Shown in pieces: positions 1 to 9,922 of a DNA stretch of 64,000 bases (position 1 is its first letter; each line of letters begins with the position of its first letter). Source of the DNA: Escherichia coli (lineage in GTDB: Bacteria > Pseudomonadota > Gammaproteobacteria > Enterobacterales > Enterobacteriaceae); assembly GCF_003334405.1 (NCBI RefSeq), contig NZ_QOWM01000008.1; one strand, 5' to 3'. The position numbers and the translations under genes are program-made. Below the pieces are notes generated by a model. That model ran no database searches. It was not told the origin of the DNA and saw only the letters and a list, made by a program, of their open reading frames with translations.

Positions 1-330
1 CGTGCGGGGGTTTTCTCTTTCCAGCAACCAATGCCACCAGGGATAAAGCCCCCGCAACATTGCGCCTCACCGGATAACGCCGGCTTGGTGTGGATACTAC
101 GACTCAATTCATCTTCACTTCATCCCTGAAATGTTTGCAATGAAGAGTGCATTCCGGTTTTTCAACAGCTGTTACAGTCATTTCATGAGTGCTCTGGATG
201 AGGCTTCCAGCTCGGGTTGCCAATATTTACTTGTGGAAGTGATAAAGACAAAAATGGCCGCAGGCTGTTACCCCTGCGGCCGGTTTCGGGCGCATATTGC
301 CATCACGGCAGCCTGACGCCCGTTTTCACC

Positions 331-438
331 TTACTTCCGGTTACGCCACCAGCTGACAATCGCTGCGGTAATAATTCCCGCCAGGATCGGTGCTGCCAGG
401 TCGTGCCAGAAAATCATGGCAAACTGCGCGAGCGTCAT
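331..438 (-). CDS. ldrB: Ldr-family small hydrophobic toxin, 35 aa (MTLAQFAMIFWHDLAAPILAGIITAAIVSWWRNRK)
   Basis: Hand translation of the reverse complement gives ATG...TAA, 35 codons, matching the Ldr toxin family; too short for the ORF track. Symbol assigned by position (second-to-last copy before chaA) and is tentative. Confidence 0.8.
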   Translation of the reverse strand: MTLAQFAMIFWHDLAAPILAGIITAAIVSWWRNRK

Positions 439-485
439 ATAGCCGCCTTGTTGTAATGACAACATTTTGCGGCTATTCTTGAAGT

Positions 486-552
486 GTCTGGTTTCAAGAT
501 TAGCCCCCGTTCTGTTGTCAGGTTTTACCTCTCAACGTGCGGGGGTTTTCTC
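486..552 (+). ncRNA. rdl: Rdl-like cis-antisense RNA (antitoxin) ending in an intrinsic terminator
   Basis: Plus-strand segment antisense to the ldr 5' leader, ending in CCCCCG...CGGGGG hairpin followed by TTTTCTCTTT; position agrees with known rdl placement about 50-120 bp beyond the ldr start. Boundaries approximate. An identical 3' end lies at 1-20. Confidence 0.5.
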
Positions 553-629
553 TTTCCAGCAACCAATGCCACCAGGGATAAAGCCCCCGCAACATTGCGC
601 CTCACCGGATAATTCCGGCTTGGTGTGGA

Positions 630-638
630 TACTACGTC
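630..638. repeat. IS10 target-site duplication, left copy (TACTACGTC)
   Basis: 9-bp direct repeat immediately flanking the IS10 outside end; identical 9-mer at 1968-1976. Confidence 0.9.
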
Positions 639-1967
639 CTGATGAATCCCCTAATGATTTTTATCAAAATCATTAAGTTAAGGTAGATACACATCTTGTC
701 ATATGATCAAATGGTTTCGCCAAAAATCAATAATCAGACAACAAAATGTGCGAACTCGATATTTTACACGACTCTCTTTACCAATTCTGCCCCGAATTAC
801 ACTTAAAACGACTCAACAGCTTAACGTTGGCTTGCCACGCCTTACTTGACTGTAAAACTCTCACTCTTACCGAACTTGGCCGTAACCTGCCAACCAAAGC
901 GAGAACAAAACATAACATCAAACGAATCGACCGATTGTTAGGTAATCGTCACCTCCACAAAGAGCGACTCGCTGTATACCGTTGGCATGCTAGCTTTATC
1001 TGTTCGGGCAATACGATGCCCATTGTACTTGTTGACTGGTCTGATATCCGTGAGCAAAAACGGCTTATGGTATTGCGAGCTTCAGTCGCACTACACGGTC
1101 GTTCTGTTACTCTTTATGAGAAAGCGTTCCCGCTTTCAGAGCAATGTTCAAAGAAAGCTCATGACCAATTTCTAGCCGACCTTGCGAGCATTCTACCGAG
1201 TAACACCACACCGCTCATTGTCAGTGATGCTGGCTTTAAAGTGCCATGGTATAAATCCGTTGAGAAGCTGGGTTGGTACTGGTTAAGTCGAGTAAGAGGA
1301 AAAGTACAATATGCAGACCTAGGAGCGGAAAACTGGAAACCTATCAGCAACTTACATGATATGTCATCTAGTCACTCAAAGACTTTAGGCTATAAGAGGC
1401 TGACTAAAAGCAATCCAATCTCATGCCAAATTCTATTGTATAAATCTCGCTCTAAAGGCCGAAAAAATCAGCGCTCGACACGGACTCATTGTCACCACCC
1501 GTCACCTAAAATCTACTCAGCGTCGGCAAAGGAGCCATGGATTCTAGCAACTAACTTACCTGTTGAAATTCGAACACCCAAACAACTTGTTAATATCTAT
1601 TCGAAGCGAATGCAGATTGAAGAAACCTTCCGAGACTTGAAAAGTCCTGCCTACGGACTAGGCCTACGCCATAGCCGAACGAGCAGCTCAGAGCGTTTTG
1701 ATATCATGCTGCTAATCGCCCTGATGCTTCAACTAACATGTTGGCTTGCGGGCGTTCATGCTCAGAAACAAGGTTGGGACAAGCACTTCCAGGCTAACAC
1801 AGTCAGAAATCGAAACGTACTCTCAACAGTTCGCTTAGGCATGGAAGTTTTGCGGCATTCTGGCTACACAATAACAAGGGAAGACTCACTCGTGGCTGCA
1901 ACCCTGCTTACTCAAAATCTATTCACACATGGTTACGTTTTGGGGAAATTATGAGGGGATCTCTCAG
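639..1967 (+). mobile_element. IS10: IS10 insertion sequence, complete, 1329 bp
   Basis: Outside end CTGATGAATCCCCTAATGATTTT at 639; inside end ...GAAATTATGAGGGGATCTCTCAG at 1945-1967; imperfect terminal inverted repeats; single 402-aa transposase ORF; 9-bp TSD. GATC sites at about 705 and 1957. Confidence 0.95.
746..1954 (+). CDS. IS10 transposase (IS4 family), 402 aa
   Basis: ORF track 746..1954; protein begins MCELDILHDSLYQFCPELHLKRL, matching the Tn10/IS10 transposase; start is 108 bp from the outside end as expected. Confidence 0.95.
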   Translation: MCELDILHDSLYQFCPELHLKRLNSLTLACHALLDCKTLTLTELGRNLPTKARTKHNIKRIDRLLGNRHLHKERLAVYRWHASFICSGNTMPIVLVDWSDIREQKRLMVLRASVALHGRSVTLYEKAFPLSEQCSKKAHDQFLADLASILPSNTTPLIVSDAGFKVPWYKSVEKLGWYWLSRVRGKVQYADLGAENWKPISNLHDMSSSHSKTLGYKRLTKSNPISCQILLYKSRSKGRKNQRSTRTHCHHPSPKIYSASAKEPWILATNLPVEIRTPKQLVNIYSKRMQIEETFRDLKSPAYGLGLRHSRTSSSERFDIMLLIALMLQLTCWLAGVHAQKQGWDKHFQANTVRNRNVLSTVRLGMEVLRHSGYTITREDSLVAATLLTQNLFTHGYVLGKL

Positions 1968-1976
1968 TACTACGTC
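1968..1976. repeat. IS10 target-site duplication, right copy (TACTACGTC)
   Basis: Identical 9-mer to 630-638, directly after the IS10 inside end. Confidence 0.9.
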
Positions 1977-2203
1977 TCAATTCATCTTCACTTCATCCCT
2001 GAAATGTTTGCAATAAAGAGTACATTCCGGCTTTTCAACAGCTGTTGCAGTCGTTTCATGAGTGCTCTGGATGATGCTTCCAGCTCGGGTTGCCAATATT
2101 TACTTGTGGAAGAGATAAAGACAAAAATGGCCGCAGGCTGTTACCCCTGCGGCCGGTTTCGGGCGCATATTGCCATCACGGCAGCCTGACGCCCGTTTTC
2201 ACC

Positions 2204-2311
2204 TTACTTCCGGTTACGCCACCAGCTGACAATCGCTGCGGTAATAATTCCCGCCAGGATCGGTGCTGCCAGGTCGTGCCAGAAAATCATGGCAAACTGC
2301 GCGAGCGTCAT
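2204..2311 (-). CDS. ldrC: Ldr-family small hydrophobic toxin, 35 aa, identical to the copy at 331..438
   Basis: Same 108-nt sequence as 331..438; last LDR copy before chaA. Symbol by position, tentative. Confidence 0.8.
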   Translation of the reverse strand: MTLAQFAMIFWHDLAAPILAGIITAAIVSWWRNRK

Positions 2312-2358
2312 ATAGCCGCCTTGTTGTAATGACAACATTTTGCGGCTATTCTTGAAGT

Positions 2359-2425
2359 GTCTGGTTTCAAGATTAGCCCCCGTTTTGTTGTCAGGTTTTA
2401 CCTCTCAACGTGCGGGGGTTTTCTC
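2359..2425 (+). ncRNA. rdl: Rdl-like cis-antisense RNA (antitoxin)
   Basis: Same sequence as 486-552 with one T/C difference; hairpin plus U-tract terminator. Boundaries approximate. Confidence 0.5.
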
Positions 2426-2714
2426 TTTCCAGCAACCAATGCCACCAGGGATAAAGCCCCGCAACATTGCGCCTCACCGGATAACGCCGGCTTGGTGTGG
2501 ATACTACGTCGCAATTCATCTTCACTTCATCCCTGAAATGTTTGCAATGAAGAGTACATTCCGGCTTTTCAACAGCTGTTGCAGTGGTTTCGTGCAGGGT
2601 GTGGTACAGGCTCGCAATTCTGATTAACGACCTGTCCAGGTAGTATGAAGAAATACAATAAGCAGGAATTTATATTATCTCCCCCGATTACCGTCATCGG
2701 AGGAGATATAACTG

Positions 2715-3815
2715 TCAGGCAAATATCGTCATCAAATAGGCGGCAAACAGTGCCAGATGCGCTGCGCCATTGAGCACGTTAGTACGTCCGGTGGAGAAGG
2801 AGATATGGCACAGCACTAAAGAGGCCACCATCACCACCATTTCTGGCGCACCAAGTGCAAACTGCAATTCGTTACCCGTCATAAAGGCAATTAGCGTGAC
2901 GACAGGTACGGTAAGCGAAATGGTTGCTAACACTGAACCAAAGAACAGATTCATCGCGCGCTGAACCTGGTTGTTCAACACTGCTTTTAATGCACCTAAA
3001 CCTTCCGGCGACAGAATCAACAGTGCCACCAGGAAGCCAGTAAAGGCGACAGGGGCATTCATGCTGTCGAGCAATGTCTCCAGCGAGCTGGCGTTCATTT
3101 TGGTCACCGCAATAACGGCAATCAGATGGATAATCAACCAGATAGCATGCCACAGGCTGCTATGGGCAGACGGTTTACCGTGATGCGGGTCGTCATCATC
3201 ACTGTCATCTTCGTGCTCGTAGACAAACAAACTTTGATGCGTTTTGGTCTGGATCAGCAAAAATACGCCATACATTGCCGCAGAAATTAATGCTACCAGT
3301 AACGCCTGACCGGTTGAAAAATTCGCCGCAGGCAGAGCCATTGGAAATACCAGTACGATTATCGCCAGGGGGAACAGCGCAATTAAATACTGCTTGATAC
3401 CAAACAGATTCATATATTGGGTGGCAAACTTACGACCGCCCAACAATAATGAAAAGCCAACCAGCCCACCGGTAACAATCATAATGATTGAATAGAGCGT
3501 ATCACGCATTAGCGTTGGCGCGGCGTCGCCGGTTGCCATTAAAGCTGAAATCAAACTGACTTCAAGAATAACCACTGAAAGGCTAAGAATAAGCGAACCG
3601 TAAGGTTCTCCCAGGCGATGGGCTAATACGTCCGCATGACGGACAACACTAAAGGCGCTACTTAAAATACCAATAAGCGCAAGAAGATTGATGGCAATGA
3701 CCACTGGTAGTGTCTGGCTGCTTCCCCACAGGAACAGCACTACCAGCGCCAGAACCGGGAAAATAAGCGAAGTCTCCTTGTGGCGGGTTTTTACCGCCTC
3801 TTGAGCATTTGACAT
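2715..3815 (-). CDS. chaA: Ca2+/H+ (Na+/H+) antiporter ChaA, 366 aa
   Basis: ORF track 2715..3902; start trimmed to internal ATG (MSNAQEAVKTRH...) to match known ChaA length; multi-pass membrane protein with acidic loop. Confidence 0.9.
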   Translation of the reverse strand: MSNAQEAVKTRHKETSLIFPVLALVVLFLWGSSQTLPVVIAINLLALIGILSSAFSVVRHADVLAHRLGEPYGSLILSLSVVILEVSLISALMATGDAAPTLMRDTLYSIIMIVTGGLVGFSLLLGGRKFATQYMNLFGIKQYLIALFPLAIIVLVFPMALPAANFSTGQALLVALISAAMYGVFLLIQTKTHQSLFVYEHEDDSDDDDPHHGKPSAHSSLWHAIWLIIHLIAVIAVTKMNASSLETLLDSMNAPVAFTGFLVALLILSPEGLGALKAVLNNQVQRAMNLFFGSVLATISLTVPVVTLIAFMTGNELQFALGAPEMVVMVASLVLCHISFSTGRTNVLNGAAHLALFAAYLMTIFA

Positions 3816-4084
3816 TATGGTTATCCCTTTGCAGATGAATTTATCGAAAATGTAAAAAATAGGTAGGAAAAATAACAGAAAGTGTCTGGATATCGGTAAC
3901 ATTTTACGAATTTTTACCCCGCTGTCGATTTTTTACTCATTGGGGCATAAAAATAAGTATTACGTTTAGACAATGTTTGTTTTAGCGTTTCTTAAGAAGA
4001 GTCTGACCTGAAAATTCTTATGTTTTGGCAAGAGTAGATATTGTTGACCACACTTAATGTTCAACTTTGTAAAAGGAGTCAACG

Positions 4085-4315
4085 ATGCCGTATAAAACGA
4101 AAAGCGATCTGCCGGAAAGCGTAAAGCACGTTCTACCGTCTCATGCCCAGGATATCTATAAAGAAGCGTTCAACAGCGCATGGGATCAATATAAAGATAA
4201 AGAAGATCGGCGTGATGACGCCAGTCGCGAAGAAACCGCGCATAAAGTGGCCTGGGCTGCTGTGAAGCATGAATATGCCAAAGGGGATGATGATAAATGG
4301 CATAAAAAATCGTAA
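4085..4315 (+). CDS. chaB: Cation transport regulator ChaB, 76 aa
   Basis: ORF track; MPYKTKSDLPESVKHV...; divergent from chaA. Confidence 0.9.
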   Translation: MPYKTKSDLPESVKHVLPSHAQDIYKEAFNSAWDQYKDKEDRRDDASREETAHKVAWAAVKHEYAKGDDDKWHKKS

Positions 4316-4472
4316 AACCGGTCGCTTAGTTAAAGCTATTCGTGCGGTGTTGCCTTGCAAGTGGTCCGTGGATTGCATATTGTCCCGTTAGTGGTTTCAA
4401 AATGAGCAGTAAAAATGTCCGGAAGACACCAAAAAGTTGTCGCAGGGAAGTATGCAGTGGCGGAGGTGTAAG

Positions 4473-5168
4473 GTGATAACGCGTGATTTCTTGATGAATG
4501 CCGATTGTAAAACGGCATTTGGTGCCATTGAAGAATCACTCTTATGGTCAGCAGAACAACGGGCGGCTTCGCTGGCGGCGACGCTGGCTTGTCGACCTGA
4601 TGAGGGACCGGTGTGGATCTTCGGCTATGGATCGTTGATGTGGAATCCGGCACTGGAGTTTACCGAATCGTGCACCGGTACACTGGTTGGATGGCATCGC
4701 GCATTTTGCCTGCGCCTGACCGCCGGGCGCGGGACTGCGCACCAGCCGGGACGGATGCTTGCACTGAAAGAGGGCGGACGCACCACAGGCGTCGCCTATC
4801 GACTGCCAGAAGAGACGCTGGAGCAGGAACTAACCCTGTTGTGGAAGCGAGAGATGATTACCGGCTGTTATCTGCCAACCTGGTGTCAGCTTGATCTTGA
4901 TGATGGACGCACAGTAAACGCCATTGTGTTTATTATGGACCCGCGACATCCAGAATATGAATCTGATACTCGCGCTCAGGTCATCGCGCCGTTGATTGCG
5001 GCGGCGAGCGGTCCGCTGGGAACCAACGCACAATACCTGTTTTCACTGGAACAGGAGCTTATCAAACTGGGAATGCAGGACGATGGGCTGAATGATTTGC
5101 TGGTATCGGTAAAAAAACTGCTGGCGGAGAATTTTCCGGATGGTGTGTTACGTCCGGGATTCGCCTGA
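4473..5168 (+). CDS. chaC: ChaC, glutathione-specific gamma-glutamylcyclotransferase, 231 aa
   Basis: ORF track 4437..5168; start placed at GTG 4473 (MITRDFLMNADCK) preceded by GGAGGTG RBS. Confidence 0.85.
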   Translation: MITRDFLMNADCKTAFGAIEESLLWSAEQRAASLAATLACRPDEGPVWIFGYGSLMWNPALEFTESCTGTLVGWHRAFCLRLTAGRGTAHQPGRMLALKEGGRTTGVAYRLPEETLEQELTLLWKREMITGCYLPTWCQLDLDDGRTVNAIVFIMDPRHPEYESDTRAQVIAPLIAAASGPLGTNAQYLFSLEQELIKLGMQDDGLNDLLVSVKKLLAENFPDGVLRPGFA

Positions 5169-5211
5169 GTAAACTTCCCGCATAGTGGGGCGTCAGACGC
5201 CCCCTCAAACA

Positions 5212-5565
5212 TTAAAATGTGAGCACTTTATCGGCTGACAGCGTCCATTGCGCCAGTTCCACAAGAGTACCGATTTCCACCCCATCAATCAGAGGAAGTG
5301 TACTAATCCCGCGCCCGTCGGTACAGGTTTTGCACAATTTCACCGGTACATTCTGAGCGGTAAGGATCTCCAGCATTTGCTGAATGTTGTAGCCTTCCCC
5401 TGGTTTTTGCCCGCGCAACCCGGCTGTGACCGCATCAGACATGAGGAACAGACGCAGATCCAGATTGCTCTCCTGCTCTCGTAACGCAATGGCCAGCCGC
5501 AAGCTGTTAAACAAGGATTCGCTCCCGTAAGGTGCGCCATTGGCAACGATCACGATTTTTTGCAT
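5212..5565 (-). CDS. ychN: DsrE/DsrF-like protein YchN, 117 aa
   Basis: ORF track; MQKIVIVANGAPYGSESLFNSLRLAIAL... Confidence 0.9.
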   Translation of the reverse strand: MQKIVIVANGAPYGSESLFNSLRLAIALREQESNLDLRLFLMSDAVTAGLRGQKPGEGYNIQQMLEILTAQNVPVKLCKTCTDGRGISTLPLIDGVEIGTLVELAQWTLSADKVLTF

Positions 5566-5582
5566 TATTTACTCCTGTATTC

Positions 5583-5686
<104 letters not shown>

Positions 5687-5687
5687 T

Positions 5688-5727
<40 letters not shown>

Positions 5728-5749
5728 ATTACCGGAAGTTACCGACGTT

Positions 5750-7144
5750 TTGAGCCGTTTCGTTCCTCGCATTATCCCGTTTTATTTACTCTTGCTTGTA
5801 GCAGGCGGTACAGCTAACGCACAATCTACCTTCGAGCAAAAAGCGGCAAATCCCTTTGATAATAACAATGATGGTCTGCCGGATTTAGGCATGGCTCCCG
5901 AAAATCATGATGGGGAAAAACACTTTGCTGAAATTGTGAAAGATTTCGGCGAAACCAGTATGAATGATAACGGGCTGGATACTGGCGAGCAGGCAAAAGC
6001 TTTCGCATTGGGAAAAGTCCGCGACGCGCTTAGTCAACAGGTTAATCAGCACGTAGAGTCCTGGCTATCACCGTGGGGAAATGCCAGTGTTGACGTCAAA
6101 GTGGATAACGAAGGACATTTCACCGGCAGTCGTGGAAGCTGGTTTGTGCCGTTACAAGATAATGATCGTTATCTCACCTGGAGCCAGCTTGGTCTTACTC
6201 AGCAGGATAATGGGTTGGTGAGCAATGTGGGCGTTGGGCAACGCTGGGCGCGCGGCAACTGGCTGGTGGGTTATAACACTTTTTATGACAACTTGCTGGA
6301 CGAAAATCTTCAGCGAGCGGGCTTTGGTGCCGAAGCGTGGGGCGAATATTTGCGATTATCGGCAAACTTTTATCAGCCGTTTGCTGCATGGCATGAACAG
6401 ACAGCCACGCAGGAACAACGGATGGCGCGCGGGTACGACCTGACAGCTCGGATGCGCATGCCGTTCTATCAACACCTCAATACCAGTGTCAGCCTAGAAC
6501 AGTATTTTGGTGATCGTGTTGATTTGTTTAACTCTGGTACGGGTTATCACAATCCCGTCGCGTTGAGTCTGGGATTAAATTACACCCCTGTGCCATTAGT
6601 CACTGTGACGGCCCAGCATAAACAGGGTGAAAGTGGCGAAAATCAAAATAACCTCGGGCTGAATCTTAATTACCGCTTTGGTGTACCGCTCAAAAAACAA
6701 CTTTCTGCGGGCGAGGTTGCCGAAAGTCAGTCGTTACGTGGTAGTCGCTATGACAATCCGCAGCGAAATAATCTACCGACTCTTGAGTACCGACAGCGAA
6801 AAACGTTAACGGTGTTTCTGGCGACACCGCCGTGGGATCTAAAACCTGGCGAAACAGTGCCGCTGAAATTACAAATCCGCAGTCGTTACGGTATTCGGCA
6901 ACTGATTTGGCAGGGCGATACGCAGATATTAAGTTTGACGCCGGGCGCACAAGCCAACAGCGCGGAGGGCTGGACGCTGATCATGCCTGACTGGCAGAAC
7001 GGGGAAGGGGCAAGCAATCACTGGCGATTGTCTGTGGTGGTGGAAGATAACCAGGGGCAGCGTGTCTCCTCCAATGAGATCACGCTAACGCTTGTCGAAC
7101 CGTTCGATGCATTGTCAAACGACGAACTGCGCTGGGAACCGTAA
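5750..7144 (+). CDS. ychO: Invasin/intimin-like outer membrane protein YchO, 464 aa
   Basis: ORF track; N-terminal signal-like segment; positional equivalent of K-12 ychO. Confidence 0.8.
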   Translation: MSRFVPRIIPFYLLLLVAGGTANAQSTFEQKAANPFDNNNDGLPDLGMAPENHDGEKHFAEIVKDFGETSMNDNGLDTGEQAKAFALGKVRDALSQQVNQHVESWLSPWGNASVDVKVDNEGHFTGSRGSWFVPLQDNDRYLTWSQLGLTQQDNGLVSNVGVGQRWARGNWLVGYNTFYDNLLDENLQRAGFGAEAWGEYLRLSANFYQPFAAWHEQTATQEQRMARGYDLTARMRMPFYQHLNTSVSLEQYFGDRVDLFNSGTGYHNPVALSLGLNYTPVPLVTVTAQHKQGESGENQNNLGLNLNYRFGVPLKKQLSAGEVAESQSLRGSRYDNPQRNNLPTLEYRQRKTLTVFLATPPWDLKPGETVPLKLQIRSRYGIRQLIWQGDTQILSLTPGAQANSAEGWTLIMPDWQNGEGASNHWRLSVVVEDNQGQRVSSNEITLTLVEPFDALSNDELRWEP

Positions 7145-7795
7145 TCAGAAAATGCGCTCCTGATGCACCCATACCGCTGCTTCCACGCGAGACTTGAGCT
7201 TCATTTTCTTCAGCATGTGCTTGACGTGCACTTTTACTGTGCTTTCGGTGATATCCAGGCGGCGGGCAATCATCTTGTTCGGCAAACCCTGGGCAATCAG
7301 CTTGAGAATATCGCGCTCGCGTGGGGTTAACTGGTTAACATCGCGCTCAGTAGTGGCACGGTTAGCGCGCAAGCTGGCGGCCAGAACAGGCGTTAATGCT
7401 TCGCTTAATACCATTTCGCCAGCAGCTGCCTGATGCAATGCTTTCAGCAGATCTTCCGGTTCCATATCTTTTAACAGATAGCCATCCGCGCCGCGTTTCA
7501 GTGCGGTGACCACATCTTCTTCATGGTTAGAGACGCTGAATACCACAATGCGCCCTGAGAGGGACTTTTCGCGCAGTTTATCCAGCGTTTCCAGACCGTT
7601 CATGCCGGGCATATTGAGATCTAACAGGATCAGATCGGGATCAAGAGACTCCGCCAGTTCAATACCCTGTTCGCCATTACTCGCTTCGCCAACCACGGTG
7701 ATATCTGGTGCCATACTGATAAGCTGTTTTACGCCAGTTCGCAGCATCGGGTGATCGTCAATCAGCAGGATAGTAGCCGGTTCCTGATTACTCAT
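7145..7795 (-). CDS. narL: Nitrate/nitrite response regulator NarL, 216 aa
   Basis: ORF track 7145..7909 trimmed to [21 protein letters not shown]...; receiver plus LuxR-type HTH domains. Confidence 0.95.
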
Positions 7796-9584
7796 GGGTA
7801 TCTCCTTGGACGTCTGTGAAAGTTTTTTCGGGAATAAAGGTGACCACCACTTCGGTGCCACCTGATTCACGACGGCGGACGCGGCAATCGCCTCGTAAAC
7901 TTTGCGCACGATCGCGCATTATTATCATGCCGTAGTGATTGCTGCGGATGGCATTTTCAGGCACGCCGCAGCCGTTATCCTGGACGGTCAGTTTGACCTG
8001 ATTATCGTTTTGCGCCACCGTCACCACGACTTCACTCGCTTGCGAATGTTTGAGGGCGTTACTTAATGCCTCACGGGCAATTTGCAACAAGTGGATTGCC
8101 TGATGCGAAGGCACCAGGCGAGGCGGCAATTGATAATCCAGCTTCACCGGGAAGCCAAATTTGGCGCTGTACTCTTCGCAACTCGCCTCCAGCGCCGGAC
8201 GTAATCCAGGCTCGGTGAGCTGCAAGCGGAATGTGGTGAGCAATTCACGCAACTGCGCCCAGGATGCATTCAGTTCGTTACGGATCTGACTTAACAGTTC
8301 GCGGCTGCTTTCTGGCAGCGCATCGCCCTGCATCTGTAAACAACTCACCTGCATCTTCATGCAAGAGAGAGATTGGGCAATAGAATCATGCAGTTCGCGC
8401 GCAATGGTGGCACGCTCTTCCATCACGATCAACTGTTGCTGACGTTCCTGATGGCGATCCAGCGCCAGCGTGGCGGTGAGTTGTTCAACCAGGGTATCCA
8501 CCAGTTGTTGTTGATCATGGCTAAGATGACGCCCCTGCGGCAGGGTCGCCAGCAAAATACCGTACTGCGTATGAGAGTCAGCCAGCCGCCACTTCAGGGT
8601 CGTGCCGCGATCACCAACGGGTAATACGCCGCGCGGGCAGAGCTGGCAGCCTTTATCATCACAAGTCATATCTGGCTGGCAGGTAAACTCCTGATGATTC
8701 TCTTCATCATCAGTGTCATACACCCGCAATTCGATATCACGTAGCAGGGTTAAATTCTGTAAGCCGTTGAGTACAGGTGACAGGCGTTCACACAGCGGGG
8801 CGCGGGAATGCAAACGGCGGTTAGCCTGCCATAAAAAAGAGAGGATCTGATTTTTATGCTCCAGCCCGGCGGTTTTCTCCTGAACCCGCTGCTCAAGTAC
8901 GGCATAACTTTCGGCCAGTTCTGCAGACATATTGTTCAACGCAGTTCCAAGCATCGCCATTTCGTTGCGCCCGCTGATGTTTGCGCGTTGGGTAAAATCG
9001 CGATGACTGACGGCACTCGCCATTGCCAGCAGTTGCCGCCACGGTTGTAGCAGTCGCGCCCGCAACCAGATAATAGTGAACACCAGTAAAAGTGCCATAA
9101 ATACCGCCATTACCCGATGGACCAGTACCACTGTCTCGATGCGCATTTCCGTGGTGCGGTCAAAACCAGATACCAGTTGATCAAGCCCGGCAACAAACTG
9201 GCTGACATCCGCTGACACCGTTTCTCGGTTTTGTGCACGCATCAGCGCAGGGATCAGTTCATTACGCCAGTAATCTTGTAAACCCTGTAATTGCGCCAGT
9301 TGTCCGTCTCGTTCTGCTGCTCGAGTCAACTCGGCGCTAAATGCCGTTTGTTCCATCTCTTTAATTAAGGGCTTGTCTTTCTCGCTTAATGGCACTGCCG
9401 CCAACAGACGGTAACTTTGCATGCGCAGCGATCCCGCTTTGTTGATCGCATGGGCGCTGCCCTGAACGCCTTGCACCAGCCAGCCAGAAACCGCCATCCC
9501 TGCCAGTCCAATAGCAGTAGAAAGCAACACAATAAGCGCAACCTGATTAACCAGGGTGAGCGGAGAGAGACAACGTTTAAGCAT
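7788..9584 (-). CDS. narX: Nitrate/nitrite sensor histidine kinase NarX, 598 aa
   Basis: ORF track; overlaps narL start by 8 nt. Confidence 0.95.
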
Positions 9585-9849
9585 GTAAACCTCTTCCTTC
9601 AGGCTTTAAATGAGCAATAACCTTAATGAATGTGACGATACATTCTGGAATGGCAGTATTCTCGGCTATTGGCTGAAGTATACCCATACCCGGAAAGAGT
9701 TACTCCTTATTTGCCGTGTGGTTAGTCGCTTTACATCGGTAAGGGTAGGGATTTTACAGCACCGTGAAAAATCTCATAATTTTTATGAAGTCACTGTACT
9801 CACTATGGGTAATGATAAATATCAATGATAGATAAAGTTATCTTATCGT

Positions 9850-9863
9850 TTGATTTACATCAA
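9850..9863. promoter_or_regulatory. FNR box TTGATttacATCAA in the narK promoter
   Basis: Perfect FNR consensus palindrome about 60-70 bp upstream of narK; NarL-heptamer-like TACYYMT motifs nearby. Confidence 0.7.
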
Positions 9864-9922
9864 ATTGCCTTTAGCTACAGACACTAAGGTGGCAGACATC
9901 GAAACGAGTATCAGAGGTGTCT

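Larger units (their letters stand above)
1..2600. repeat. LDR array of ldr/rdl type I toxin-antitoxin units (~535-bp period), interrupted by IS10
   Basis: Near-identical units: 1-110 matches 537-638 and 2396-2510; each full unit has a 35-codon ldr ORF on the minus strand and a GC hairpin plus U-tract on the plus strand. Similarity ends near 2600. Window opens inside a unit. Confidence 0.85.

Noticed and set aside
131-676. Plus-strand ORFs of 61-95 aa inside the LDR units (also 1929..2627)
   Set aside because: They overlap the ldr toxin ORF and Rdl region on the opposite strand and recur only because the unit is repeated; the known products of these units are the 35-aa toxin and the antisense RNA.
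2600-2714. Imperfect hairpin (CTCCCCCGAT...ATCGGAGGAG) between the LDR array and the chaA stop
   Set aside because: Stem has a mismatch and no U-tract on either strand; could be a weak chaA terminator but evidence is insufficient to call it.
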